From Bugula neritina (Eukaryota; Animalia; Bryozoa): a DNA stretch of 64,000 nt. Position numbers and translations under genes: made by a program. The notes under the pieces are model-generated. The model did no database searches and was not told where the DNA came from. It saw only the letters and a program-made list of their open reading frames with translations. The stretch covers positions 2,264,741-2,328,740 of the forward strand of contig OZ037768.1 in NCBI GenBank assembly GCA_964035545.1, given 5' to 3'. Positions 12,201 through 25,207 of the stretch are shown piece by piece. Every line of letters starts with the position of its first letter. Within the stretch, counting starts at the first letter, position 1.

Positions 12201-15200
12201 TTCTATATTGCTAGACAGTGCATAAGAACTGTACAGACAAGCTACAATTAGCAAGAGATGACAACTCATCAATCCGAAGTAATCTGAGTGACTGCGAGAG
12301 TGAGCGAGACAGGTGTGTGCTGAAATCTCTGCCATCTTGTCAACAGGATTACAACACACAGAAAACTAAAACTGACACGTGCCAAGTCGCTCTGAGTACC
12401 TGTGAAACTGAAGTTAGTAAATAAAATTGACTCTACTAGAATGATAGTTGATTGTTTGATTTTTATTACAAATTATTAAACTTTAAACCCTAGACTTGTG
12501 GGGGGAGTAGTCTAACTACTGTGTTCTCTTTATGTGCAGCTAATGTTTATTTCTATAGCACTTGTTACTTCTTTAATTACCGTTTACTCTTAAATTTACA
12601 TAATTTGCATTTTCTCCTTATTTCAGTAAAGTTATATTTTGAAGTTACCTTCTCATTTAGTCACAGCTGTAAGTGGTAGCACTGTTCTATCCCACTCCTC
12701 TATTGCTAACAATTTCTAAATTGTTGAAAAAACTCGAGCATTTTATGAGGCCTAACATAACTAGTCTAGTATATATACTAAGATCAAATGCTATTATCAT
12801 TTTGACAATGATGTCTTCGAACGTTATTGTATTTGTTTTAGTTGTTATATGAAGTTGGATGTTTTTTTTTTAAATTTATTATGACGTTGTAGAAAGCTGT
12901 AAACACAAACATCACAGCGGGCTTGAATCACACTGTCTTAGTAATTCAGGGGGACCTCAGCAAATGTCAAGGCAATATTACTCAGTTATTGCAGCTCACA
13001 GCACTGCGAGATGATGAAATTGACAAGTGTAAGAATGAGACAAAATCTTGTGATACAGAATTGCAAGAAAAGGTGCGACAGCTTGGCAGCGCTAAGGTCA
13101 CAGCAGCTGACTATAAGAGATGTCAGTCAAAGGTTGTGACCTTGAATAAACAGCTTTTTGAACCAAGAGGTAAGAAAATGCTGTTATGTTATCATATATG
13201 TATATATAAAGCTGTAATATATGCATGCAGTGTTACGTGTGCTCATTATCAGCTTTATGTACTGCATGTGAATATAGTAATCAATTCTACAAGTTTGAAC
13301 TACAAGCCTGAATGCAATGTAAGCGCTAAAGGTGAAAATATGATTGGATAATTTTTTGCTTAGGAGTTTTCTTTTCTCCAGGTAACAAATGCACAAGATG
13401 CAATGTTGAAATTACTATTTTCATTGTTTACTCAATGGTTGTTTTTGCAGCTATATAAAAATGTGAAAAATATAATTTTGCAAACTTTGAGTGGAATTTT
13501 GAGAAACAAAGTTCTAGCTATTAGTTATAATTGTGTAACATTACTTTACAATGTAGAATTTCTGCCAATATTATTTTTTATGTTCTTTATAAGGTTATGA
13601 ATTGCAATAGCTTGTGTCCTGAACACAGCACAACTCTTAAGAATTATTTTGTGTCTTTTTGCAACTTTGTTATTTTCTTTGATATAAGATTAGTGTCAAA
13701 AACATTAATAAGCTAAAGTATTGCCTGCTTGCATTACAAACTGCAAGATTTTTTATTATCTATTCAATAGTTTTGAAAGATTGTGCTGAATGGGGGTCAC
13801 ACAATGTTTCCAGTGGTTATTACTTCATAGACTTAGATGGAGCTACACCAGTGCAGGTGTACTGTGACTTTAATGGCAAGAGTACTATTACCATTGTATG
13901 TTTCTCACCACACTTGTCTTAAATTCAGTAAATTAGGTTTGTTATGATATGTGTATGTCAATTCTAATGTTCTTCAACAACTAACATAAAATAGACTGGC
14001 AGTTTGTTTGATGTAAGAGTTTTATAATTATCTGTTGATTCATATTAGTTCCTTGAATAGAGGATAACTCCCATATGCTTTGATGGAAGCACAATGTTAT
14101 AATGTTTCAAATGATATCTACTCACCATTTAAATTAGATGTAGAAATTACTAGACACTATCTACACTTTCACTAACGCTGGCAAGAGGAGCTCCAACTAC
14201 TATATGTTGAATAATATCAAAATATGAGATGCAATTATAGAAAATGATTTCAGGTGAAACCTCAACCTCAGGCTCAGTTGATAGACGCTCAAGGCCCAAG
14301 AAAGTGTGAATCGGTGTATAAGTACGGTGTTGCTAAGCCACTCAAAAGAACACGAGACGATGATGATGACAAGAAAAAAAAACCAAAGTATTTTCAGATG
14401 TTTTCTAATCTCTTAGTGCAGATAAATAGAAGATAAGTTGCGCAAATTCTGAACTAAGAAGTATTCATGTCAAAATCTCTTCGATTCGTGTTTAATTTGT
14501 AGGCGCATGCAATCACTCTAATACATGCATGCATATATGTCATGATGTAAGAATGCGTGTGCCATTTGTTATGTTCCTGCTGTAGTATTCATCTTTGTTT
14601 TTTAAAGTATACATTTCTGCAGCTACAAAAAAAATTATGATTGGAAACTCTTCTTGACACCATTTATTTGATGGTGTCAGGAAAAAGTTTGAACTCATGA
14701 CCTAAAGCTTTGTAAGCCAGTTCTCTAGCCACTAGACGACTATTTTTATACTATAGTCTGCTATGGATGTTTCAGGAAAAATGGTTATTGCTATGGGAAA
14801 AGTATTACCTACGGATTGAGTGAAAGTCAATTAAAGAAACTCAAAGCTGTTAGCAAGTCTTGCAAACAGACTATTTCCTGGGACTGTTACAGCCAAGAGA
14901 TGCTTACTGTCTTCTTGCAGGTAAACAAGCAGTATAGATAAGTGTCGGAGTTTAATGAATGATGTTAGGGTCATAATAAAAATTATATATAATTGCTATC
15001 AACACATATTGGCAGAAATACACAATGTATAAGAAAGCAGACAACTTCTTTCAGTACGTCAATAAATAGACTAAATGGTGGCATTTGCTACACAGTAATA
15101 AGTAAAAAGCAGCAAAATTTTAAAAGTTAAATTACAGAACTTCATAGAAGTTTAAGAATTTCGCTAATAATAGCCTCATGCAGTGTGCAACTTGGAAATA

Positions 15201-15675
15201 TCACAAGACAACTTTATTTAAACAGTGCTCTGCATCAATAAGTTTTCTCAGATTGTGAAGCTAAACGTGCCGACACAACTTAGATAACCAAATATACTTT
15301 TGAGCCCATTGTGTTGATATTTCAAGTTGTACAAACAATGTAATTATTCTCATTGATTTTATAAATTCAATTAATTAACTTTGTTTCAATAGAATAACTA
15401 TTATTGTTTGCCTTCTGCAGTCCAAGACTAACCAATCACAGCCCTTCTACTATTCATATCACGATGGTGGACCCTCCAAGTGTGATTGCTCCAAGACCGG
15501 CTCTTGTCTCAAAAAGAAAGTCTGCAACTGTGTGGCAAATCAGAAGAAATGGCTCCATGATGACATCACAATAACCTCTATGGCTGATTTGCCTCTCACA
15601 AAGGTCGCATTCGGAGATGTCGATGATTCCAGAGAAAAGGGAAAAGTTAGAGTTGGAGATCTTGTTTGCATGTAG
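9288..15675 (+). CDS. Secreted ~572-aa protein: signal peptide, long Cys-studded N-glycosylated coiled coil, C-terminal CASPR/Neurexin-IV-type fibrinogen-like (COLFI-related) domain
   Basis: Exons 9288-9341, 9896-9942, 10198-10329, 11046-11232, 11900-12130, 12215-12412, 12893-13169, 13771-13895, 14254-14321, 14776-14920, 15421-15675 total 1719 nt and stay open. N-terminus MSVKWNITAAVFLALLVQTPGGEA. C-terminal motifs DCAEW..SGYYFIDLDG..PVQVYCDF, SKSCKQTISWDC, CDCSKTGSCLKKKVCNC..W.HD...LPLTKVAFGD...VGDLVC. Confidence 0.85.
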
Positions 15676-16321
15676 TTTTTTAGTTTTATTATAATACAAC
15701 TAAAAACTTTAAAAAAATAAAAGTTTCATCTAAACAATTCTTGCAATTTAAGTTTATTTATTGTGAAGCATTTGCTTTTATACAACTGAAGCTATTTTTT
15801 TAAGAGCTTTTTAGGAATGTTGCTTTATATAGCTTTTGACAACAGTTTTTAAATTAAGAGATAATTTTAATCAGTCAAGTTTAGGTGAAAGTTGGATGGT
15901 TGTTATGAACGAGATTGTAATAATTGCATTGCAGTTAATAGAATATGAAGACCCCTTTATAATATTATGCAGATAATATTCATCCTATTAAGGAGTTGTG
16001 CTCTATTTTGACTGCAATCGAGTGAAGATCACTGATACTACCACGCTTGTTATATTTATAATCTATAGAGTACAAACTTGTAAGACCTAGAGAGTATTTA
16101 TGAAGATAAAGTTAATTTAAACTATGGTTTTTTGCTTAATCTGATCAATAGTTGTCAATAAAAAAATCTATGCTTAGCAATCAGGGCTCTAGGCTAATAA
16201 TAATAATAAAATATATTATAATAACACGCAACATCTTTGTTACGCAAGTGTAAACTGGAGTTGTCTGTTTTATATAGCGTTTGCTTCACGAAAATTTTAA
16301 TACATATAGAAAAATTTCAAG

Positions 16322-19300
16322 ATGTCAGCCCCCTGTGATTTGCGTGCCTCTGTAGCTTCTAATAAAATATTCCCTGAAGACTACATACTGCAAGCAATAA
16401 AATGTACGGTAGTTTACTGTAAATATTAATACTAGTTAATTCAGACGATAAAGCTATTCTTATTGATATTTATTGTAATTTAGGCTTAAAGCTAAAATGA
16501 TAGTCAATTTTCATTCCAACTTCAGCTTGAACTTCAAGTTCAAACTGAAACTCAAACTGTATGGGTAATTGATGAGCTAGGATTTTAGTCAATGGTAATT
16601 AATAGTAAAGATTTATCATTGATTCTGCTTGTTATTGTATTGCAAATATAGTATAATTTATATTGATATTATAATAAAATTAAATATAACAACTCATTTA
16701 ATTGTAGTCGTAGACTGAGATTGAGATTTTGAATATTAGAATTATATTCAATATAATAAAAATGATAAAACTCAAACTGTAATGTATAGCTACTAGTCAG
16801 TATTATAGTGTATGTGGTGTGATATGATAATAATTAGAGCTGCAATTCTTAATTCTTAGTTTTTCAGCAATTTTGTACAATGATCTGTAGTTAATGAATA
16901 TTTGTCAGTAGAGTAAATACTTAATTTGCTTTGTTCAATGGAGTTGTGTATTTTTATTGGCTAAAATAGATATTGTAATTTTTAGAAATCTGCCTTAGTT
17001 GCTCTAATTGAAAATTGTATCACTTGATTACTTGTATGATAGTAGGATACAAGACTATAGCAGTAGACCAAACAATCACCCTAGCACAACTCGAGAAAGT
17101 ACCTGGAACATTTCGGTTTCCTGTCATTCAAGCACCACAGTCTTTTCTTGACAAACTTTCCAAGGTATGACAAGTATATACTCACTGTCAGACACAACAT
17201 GTGTGCTTAAAGATAGGCATATATATCTTACTTCTGTGTTTAAGGGACATAGTTTCCAATTATGTAACTGTTATGGATTTGCTATTATCGCATTTTATTA
17301 TAATAGAAGATTTTGCTCATTGTAATTGCTTCTTTTATTTCAGCTAGAGGGTGGGTCATCCGTGAAGATACTTTCTAGAGTAACTGTAGAATATTCCACA
17401 CAAACTCGGTTCTCCAAACAGGTGAGTATAAGTAGATACTTGATCGTGAAAATATCTCGGCACATCATTTCTGAACTCTGCGACATGGCAAAACTTCTGT
17501 CTTTTTTACGTCAAAATTGCTCCTTAAAATATGCTGTAGAGCTTGTCAATTCAAATCAGTTATAAATAAATTGAGCATGCAAAAAATGAATTTTCAATGG
17601 TTTGTGTTTGGTTATTTAAATTAGAATTCTAAAATGTTGAGACTCTTTAGCTGTATGTTTCCCTTCTCACACTGTTGTGTGTGTAAAAGCACTGTGTGCC
17701 TATACACATTATAATCAAATATTTGACTAATGCATGTATTTTCCACTGCTTAGATAAAGTCAGCCCTTGAGAAGTTTGATATTGTAGCGGCTCGGCCACA
17801 AGATGACAAGGCACTGGATGTAAGTCTCTTATCATTCTAATTCTTACTGGTGTTGTGAAATTTACTGGTACTGGCAAATTGATAACTGCTAAATATTTTA
17901 GAAACTGCTTGATGAAGAAATTGACATAATATCTTTGGATGGGAGCCTAAAGTCTGTATATTTTCTGAAGAAAGAGTTGATTAAAAAGGTATAAATAACT
18001 TTTAAGTATTTTATTAGTTTCCTTGTTGAAATGAAAGATAGTACAAATGAAGTTGCGGTGCTGCACATTGTTCAGTTGTGATGTTTTAGAATCTACATCT
18101 GGTAATTTTGTGACCTTGCTTTTGTTTTCATACAATATTAAGCGTACACATTGAGGAGCACTGTAAATATATTAATTAGAAATTTGACAATTCACGAATC
18201 TTCAAGTTATTGAACTGCTTTAGAATGTTATTAGGAAAGTAAAGCTGTGAAATCATTTTATTTAGTTGTTCGAATTGATAGGTTGTATTCAGACCGTTAT
18301 TAATTACTCATTGATTGACTTGAGTGACCTTGAACTACCTCTGTCACTAAGTTTATATCAACTTGCTAGTAAAGTCGTTTATGCAAAATATTCCCCGTCC
18401 ATATCAAGCACATTATTTATTATTTATTGTTTTTAAATTAAAGCTCTACAGTATACAGTATATTATATTTATAATTTTGAAATTTTACAGGTGATGGTTA
18501 AAGATCTAGTATTTGAGTTGGAGTATGCACCCTGTGTTAGTGATAGCTCTGTTATGAGAAATACCATTCAACTCGCCCAAGACTTGCTAACATTTTGCAA
18601 GGGAAAGGTAATCAATTAATTAATGAGATTACAAATATTTTAGAGTTATTCACTCATAGTATTCTGATAGCTTGTATTATCTTTTGCATCCTTGTGTTAG
18701 TGAAAAACCCACATAATATTTATTGTTTTAGAATCTCATATTATCCAGTGGACACAGCAATGTAAGTAACTAATCTACAAGTAGCTTTACAATCAACTCT
18801 ATTAATATTACCAGCAGAGTTGTAATGTAGATTATAGATAATACGTATCAGCTGATTATCTTTAGTATCTCATGACAATACTGCAATATATTGCTGTAAC
18901 TATTTATGGGGCTTACTCTAAACTAATACTATAGTGTCAATATCCTCTTCTTTCACTGTTTTATGCTCGTCTCTCTATCTTTCTCCTGATAAAGTAATGA
19001 CCTGCGTTAGGTTGAATTCAATAAAAGACTGAGATTACTACTATGGAGGCTTTTTTTAGTAAAGGGCAGCTAACTCCCTAATAAGATTCTCTGTGTGTTT
19101 GGTATCATGTGTTTACAAGCAAATGTTATAAATACCATTCTATTGTCTGAGTATAGTAATTGAAATTTAGTGACACTAACTCTGCTCCATCTAAAATCTT
19201 ACTGTAGAGAAATGGACACTCATTAAAAATACCTACCCCTCATATTATTGTTTATCAGCATAGCTTCAAATAATGGTGAGACAGTTTAGCTATGCTTGTT

Positions 19301-20265
19301 GGACTATTGATTTGGAGTTGTCACACCTTTAGTTTTTGTCCAGAAATCTCGTTACATTTTCACTAAGTTTTATGCCAGTGTTGCTCAGAAAATCTACGGG
19401 TGATTTAACATATAAATTGCTATAATGTTTAAACATATAATTGAGTAATTATTGGTTTGTTACAGCCCCTGTATATTCGAGGACCCTATGATGTCATCAA
19501 CTTGTATCCTTTACCAGATTTACTGGAGTTCTGCATTATGATTTATTTACTAGTGTATGTTCTAACTGGTGATATTTGGCCAACATTAGTAACTACATTT
19601 CTTAACTAAAATGAATAGAGCTGTGCTGTTTGGACTTCCCACTAACCTAGCCAAGGAGACTGTGTTTGGTGGTGCTCTGAATGTAGTCAAATCTGTCGGT
19701 AAGTTGTCTGCTCTCATTCAATTGATGTGATATATGTAACGTGTGTAAGTTTGAAGACCTTATGTCACCCAGCACTTTATTTAAAAGAGGGCTGTATTTT
19801 ACTGAATTTCTCCACCATAAAGATTTATGCATTAGGAGCATTTTGTCAGTTAGAAGAGCAACAGTATTTTGCGGAAGTATCATATGTACGGTTAATTAAT
19901 ATTTTACAGATACACTTTTAGACATTTTCGGTTTTCTACACTGTAAAAATATTTTACAACATATCGTTAATTGCAATACATACACCTCAAGCTTTGTAAT
20001 GATGGTAGTGGAAAACTTATCAGAATGACTGTACGCTTGGCCCCTGCCATGTTACAGCTATGCAGGCGGTCGACTTCATGATTTTTGTGTTCAATGAGTT
20101 GGGATCTGGTGTTCATTTGCAGAAGGTAGAAAAAGTTTGAGCCTAAATATTGACATAAAGCCAAAGAAAAGTCTAGAAGAATCTGCTGAGCCAATGAAAA
20201 GGCCCGTTGAGACTGGTGACCATCATCATCAACCTGCTGTGAAAAAGTTTAAAAGCTGGTCTTGA
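16322..20265 (+). CDS. RPP30: Ribonuclease P/MRP protein subunit p30 (~280 aa)
   Basis: Exons 16322-16403, 17043-17164, 17344-17421, 17754-17819, 17902-17988, 18491-18607, 18732-18761, 19466-19503, 19619-19698, 20123-20265 (843 nt). Motifs LGYKTIAV, KILSRVTV, FDIVAARP, FELEYAP, KGKNLILSSG, PLYIRGPYDVINLAVLFGL. Confidence 0.93.
19504..19618 (+). other. U12-type (minor spliceosome) GT-AG intron in RPP30
   Basis: 5' site GTATCCTTT; branch TTTCTTAAC at 19598-19606, ~12 nt before the AG; no polypyrimidine tract; splicing restores VINL-AVLFGL. Confidence 0.92.
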
Positions 20266-20373
20266 TACATTTTATTTGTTTTATGTACATAAACTGTATA
20301 ATTGATGCAAGCTTTTATATTTTTATATCTGTGTATAAATATATCATATACAAGCTGAGAATAAAATGTCATG

Positions 20374-20899
20374 TTATGACCACCAAGGTTTATCTGTGAA
20401 ATATAATTGATACTTGGATTTAGACAACTTTTGCATTGTTTTATGTCTGCCGTGTTTCTTACACTCCATATAAAGTCGGCCACCTCTTCTCACAAAGTAA
20501 CAGTCTTTGCATCTTCTCTCTAACGACACTGCCACCTACACAAAGTAACAAAACCCTATTACAATGATACAGCAGCTCAACATTTATAGTGCATGTATGT
20601 ATGCCCTTCTTAACTGACATTTCTGGAACACCAGGAATGTATTGAGCAAAAATAATAGAATAACACAATTAGATTCAAATTTGGTAAAAGCATGCCTGGT
20701 AAATAAAAATTGAGAACTACAAACATGCTTAATCAAAATGTGGCAAGTTCTACAGTATGTGCATGGCATAATATACCTTATAGCAGCGGGTTTGTGTACT
20801 AGAAAGTAGGGGCAGAATTTGTCGGCTATTGATCATGTGTGAAGATGGATTCCATGCTGCTGACAGCATCCGGAGACCATGCTGAAACGCCTTCAACAT
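20374..20899 (-). CDS. MRPL36: Mitochondrial ribosomal protein bL36m (94 aa)
   Basis: Exons 20899-20777 (transit-peptide-like [16 protein letters not shown]...TRCYK) and 20535-20374 ([35 protein letters not shown]...WWS*). Zinc ribbon CxxC..C..H of the L36 family. Confidence 0.93.
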
Positions 20900-22784
20900 T
20901 CTACAACGTGATCCATCAACCTTAGCATTACTACGCCATGAAAAAATGTTCAAAACATTGAAGTGCAGTCTACTTTCCCCAAAGTCACTATGAAATTGAT
21001 TTAGTTCAAACATATTACAGCAATAATGACACCGACAGTTCTTAGTGTTGATATTAGCATAATCTATTAGAACTAATTGAAATATTATTAAATAAGGTGT
21101 CACTTTTTGTAATACCTTTGAAAACATAGAGCATTTGGGAACACTCCAGGTTATAGAAGTGTCTCATTTGACTCTATTTTGAGTAAATGAGTAAATAAAA
21201 ACTCTACAAATATACGACTAATAAGCAGCGTTGGGGGTCAATTACATATGAATGTTATTAATTACAATTACATGAGAATTTGTCAATTACAATTATAATT
21301 ACCCCAACCCTGTTAATAAGCAATACTCAGAGCAATACTTATAGACATGGTGATAGTAAAATTAAACGCAATATTTCATTAATACTGTAACTAATAATAG
21401 TTAGACTTAGTAATACTAATAGTAATAGTAATACTAATAGTATTATGAGTAATAGTAATACCAATAGAATTAGTGAATACCGATAGGCGATACGGGACCG
21501 AATAAATATAATTTAAATTATAACATTAATGATTAATCAGTGCATACTTTCACTTTGCAATAATTTTATTACTATAAGTATAAGTATAAGTATTACTAAT
21601 ACTAATAGTAATAATATCATAATTATGTAATTTATTGATATGATCAATTTAATGATTATCAACTCATCACAACGATGATGATAATCAATCATCCAATTCT
21701 ACTAGTACTAGTACTATTACTATTAGTAATACTGTATTACAGTATTACTATTAGTATTACTATTACTATTACTTTCTATTCTTACTCTTAGAGTTACTAA
21801 TTACTGTTAGCATCTTTAAATCTCATCACTATTCACAGGACAAGACCAAAGTTGAAAAAAAATATTGATATTCCCCCATGAAGTATAATTAAAACATGAA
21901 CATGCTATAAATATAACTATTTAGTAATAGTTTTACAATTTAAACTTGTCTTTTTTCAATTCCAAATTGCGAGTTTGAGTAAAGAAATGAAATGTTATTG
22001 AATAGCTCAGCGTTTAACCTTAGAACTCAGTTTGCAGGGTTTACATACAGAGTTATCTCCTGCTAGAAAAATTAAGAAGATAACTCAAGAATTTAATATT
22101 ATGTATTGGCGAAAAAGTAATGAATTTTATAGGACCACTCATGGTAGGGTATTTCTAAGCAAGGAGTTATCTTTTCTCCTTAATTACACAGCGGCTTACA
22201 ATTTCCAAGTGATCATTCTTATGTTTAGTATGCATATCTACTCAGCTCTCTAGAACAGCTAACATAAACTAAATGAATGGAATAAGCACCATGTAACCAA
22301 ATCAAAACCTGTGGAATTACATATACGAATACAGGGATTTAACTGACTGTGATGTACTACAAGTTTATACCTGTGCACATACAGTTTTTATGTTTTCTCT
22401 CTAGCATGTCCTACAAATGAGCTTTGTATTCTAAAACTGTAAAATAATTATTACTTGATAAAAAAACATATATTATTAAATCATTTTACTAAGAACATAC
22501 GAAGAAATTTATTGAAGGAATTTGAAAACAATCATTCCTAGAACCTCCATCAAAATAGGCTTCAAATAGATATATTGTATAAGACATGATACCTACATGA
22601 AAACTACTCAGAAGATCTGAAAAAATATCAGCCAAAAGCGCATAGTGTACAGTAGAGAAACTGTGATTTTAGCACATTTAGGTTACTACACAGAGAGTAA
22701 CAGGATAATTCATGTGTTGGGGTAAAATATACAAGATATGAGATCCAGCAACCACAAAGACTCCTTTCTTGATGAACTGAAACT

Positions 22785-24023
22785 CTATTTATGATATTTC
22801 CTGTGGGGTGACCTTGAGCGGCTGCGTGATGACCTTGATCTGTGGTCTCTCTTTGAATGCCTGTGGTCATTTCTACTACAAATGTTATAAATACACATTG
22901 GGCTAATTATATAGATAAAAAATTATATATATTGTAAACACAAGTTTAAGTGAGCAAGTAAAGACTGTTTTTTAAATTTTAGTTTATATTAAGAAATGCT
23001 TGGTCAAACAGGATGTTCAAAAGGAACTTTTTATGAAATATGTATTGCTGTTCAATCATAAACTAATAGAAATCGCAGTTTATCTAACATATTTGATTAA
23101 ACTATGAACAGCCTGAGTGATTGAAATGAGAGCATGGTTTCACTAGCAGTATCAAGTAGCAAAAGAAATCATTTTTTAGCAAAAATAAAAAAAAAATACA
23201 CCAGATTATTACAGAAAGTTGAAAATAATTATCACTACAACCTTATAAGTTATAAACCATTTGTTGGCTGCGGTGTTTGAGTAGCTAAATGATTTATATA
23301 TATTATGTATATATTTTTAGTACGGAGATGAAACTTCATAGATTTTCAAAACAGTATTTCTATACACAAGATGACCATTGAACTATTTCAGTAATTCTAA
23401 ATAAGCTGCTTAGACAACTTAGTAATGATCAATGATGTATCAATTAACTTTATAATTTATCTGAAACTTATGAAATAACATAGACAACCCATAACCATGC
23501 ACTTTTAAATTCTTTTTTTAATGACACCAGAATAAATCATCCTAAAAGTGATCCTTTAGTGATTACTAACAAACCCATAAGCGCTGAAGCCAAATAATTT
23601 AGTTGAGAATTTGTTAAAAGATATCATGAGAAGTCAAGGTTTAAAGTGTTTAGACTAAATATTAATCATATCTGATTAAAGTAAGACTAGTTTTTGTTAA
23701 GTGTGAAACCTAGCAAGAATACAAGCTCATGGTAAACATAGCACTACAAATAATTTCTGTTAATTTTTTAAACAAATAGTGAAAATAAAAAATGCTTAGT
23801 CTGAGATGCTAACTCACCTGTCTCGATCATAACTTTCACGGGATCGATGTCTGTTGTGAAACATATTTGAAGTTCTTTGAGGCATCTCCAGAACTGGAGG
23901 GGATTTGCGCGGTTTGGCAATATATGAAGAAAACTCTTTATCTAATTCAGTAAATCGATTTTTGAATTCTTCTTCACACAGAGAAAGGAATTCATCTTTG
24001 TTTTTGCCGTTGAAGTAAGACAT
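22785..24023 (-). CDS. RAMAC: RNMT-activating mini protein (RAM/FAM103A1), 98 aa
   Basis: Exons 24023-23818 and 22875-22785. CEEEFKNRFTELDKEFSSYIAKPRKSPPVLE matches the RAM activation domain (EEMFASRFTENDKEY...PPESPPIVE). Second exon encodes SRNDHRHSKRDHRSRSSRSRSRSPHRKYHK*. Confidence 0.85.
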
Positions 24024-24779
24024 TATCAGACTTAGTGTTCCTGTGATACCTTACAGTTAATGTTTTCACATTTAAACTCGATCTTTGGGCTAAAAATATA
24101 AAATATTAAATGTTAATCTATAGATTATAAATAAAATATAAATCACTTGAAATTAATATGCATATTATTAAAAATAATTTAATTTATACTAAACTGAAGG
24201 TCAACAGATAACAAACTAAATTGTTGAAAAATGTTATAAAGTTGATACTAAAGTTACTATGATTAAAATAGTAAAAAAAAGTTTTACTATATTTGTATAA
24301 GTATAAATATAACTATTAGTAATAGTACTAGTATTACTATTATTATTGGTATTATTACAACTATAGGTATTACTAGCATTACTGAGTATTAACACTATAA
24401 CTATAAGTATATAACTATAAGTATAACAAAAACCTTACATTAACATTATGATTATGATTAAGTATAGGTATAACTATAACTTATAAGTTATAACTATAAG
24501 TACAAGACTATAAGTATAACTATTACAGCCAGTGCTACTATTAACTATAAGTATAAGTATTAGTATAACATTAACTATTACTAAAACTAAAAGTATAGCA
24601 ATTAATCTTAAAGTTAATGCTACTTAAAGTTAATCAGTTAAATTTAAAGTTAGACTTAATCCTTAAAGTAAATACTAATACTAATAGTTAAACTTAATTA
24701 TAATCATAATGGTATGACTATCAGTGATACTATCACTATGACTATCACTATCACTATGACTATGTCTTTCAATTTCACT

Positions 24780-25207
24780 TTCAGTTCTCACTCAAAAAAA
24801 CTTCTCAAAAAAATTCAAAGAGAGCGTACAAAAGTCGAATAGCAACACGTTGCCAGCTATTACCAATAAACTATTTATAGTTAGTAAAAGTAGTAGCAGT
24901 TAGAAAATGGTGTATAACATCAATGAACAATGGAATGATAGTGAAACTGAATGCGATCAATACGAGTTTTCAATGACTACAGAAGAGCGGAAAAACACAC
25001 ATATGTTATTACTTTAATCGCCGCATGGAGTGCAACTTATTTAGCTAGAAACTTCTAAGTTTTATATAATGACCGCGCGGGGGAGAAACAAGATTTGAAA
25101 TTTGAACATAGCTTAATACAGTTTTGACAATTACTTCAGATACTGAGGCTTCGCTAGCTGATCTGGCAACACAATAATTTCAAACTTTAACATTTACAAG
25201 ATTACAA
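24780..25207. promoter_or_regulatory. Probable bidirectional promoter, RAMAC (-) / SLC30A6 (+)
   Basis: Head-to-head genes; locally CpG-richer non-repetitive island between two low-complexity tracts; divergent CTGGCAAC motifs at 24849-24856 (-) and 25163-25170 (+). TSSs not mapped. Confidence 0.6.

Noticed and set aside
14322-14436. Read-through peptide KRTRDDDDDKKKKPK (enterokinase/FLAG-like and NLS-like)
   Set aside because: Lies in an intron after the AA|GTACGG donor needed to complete the fibrinogen-like domain; low complexity, with no support for use.
20900-21127. Upstream extension of the MRPL36 ORF (125-aa track ORF)
   Set aside because: An acceptor-like TTGTAG immediately precedes the ATG at 20899, which begins a typical transit peptide; the upstream part is probably intron or UTR.
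24907-25017. Short ORF MVYNINEQWND... in the RAMAC/ZnT6 spacer
   Set aside because: 36 codons, no recognisable homology or splice link to ZnT6.
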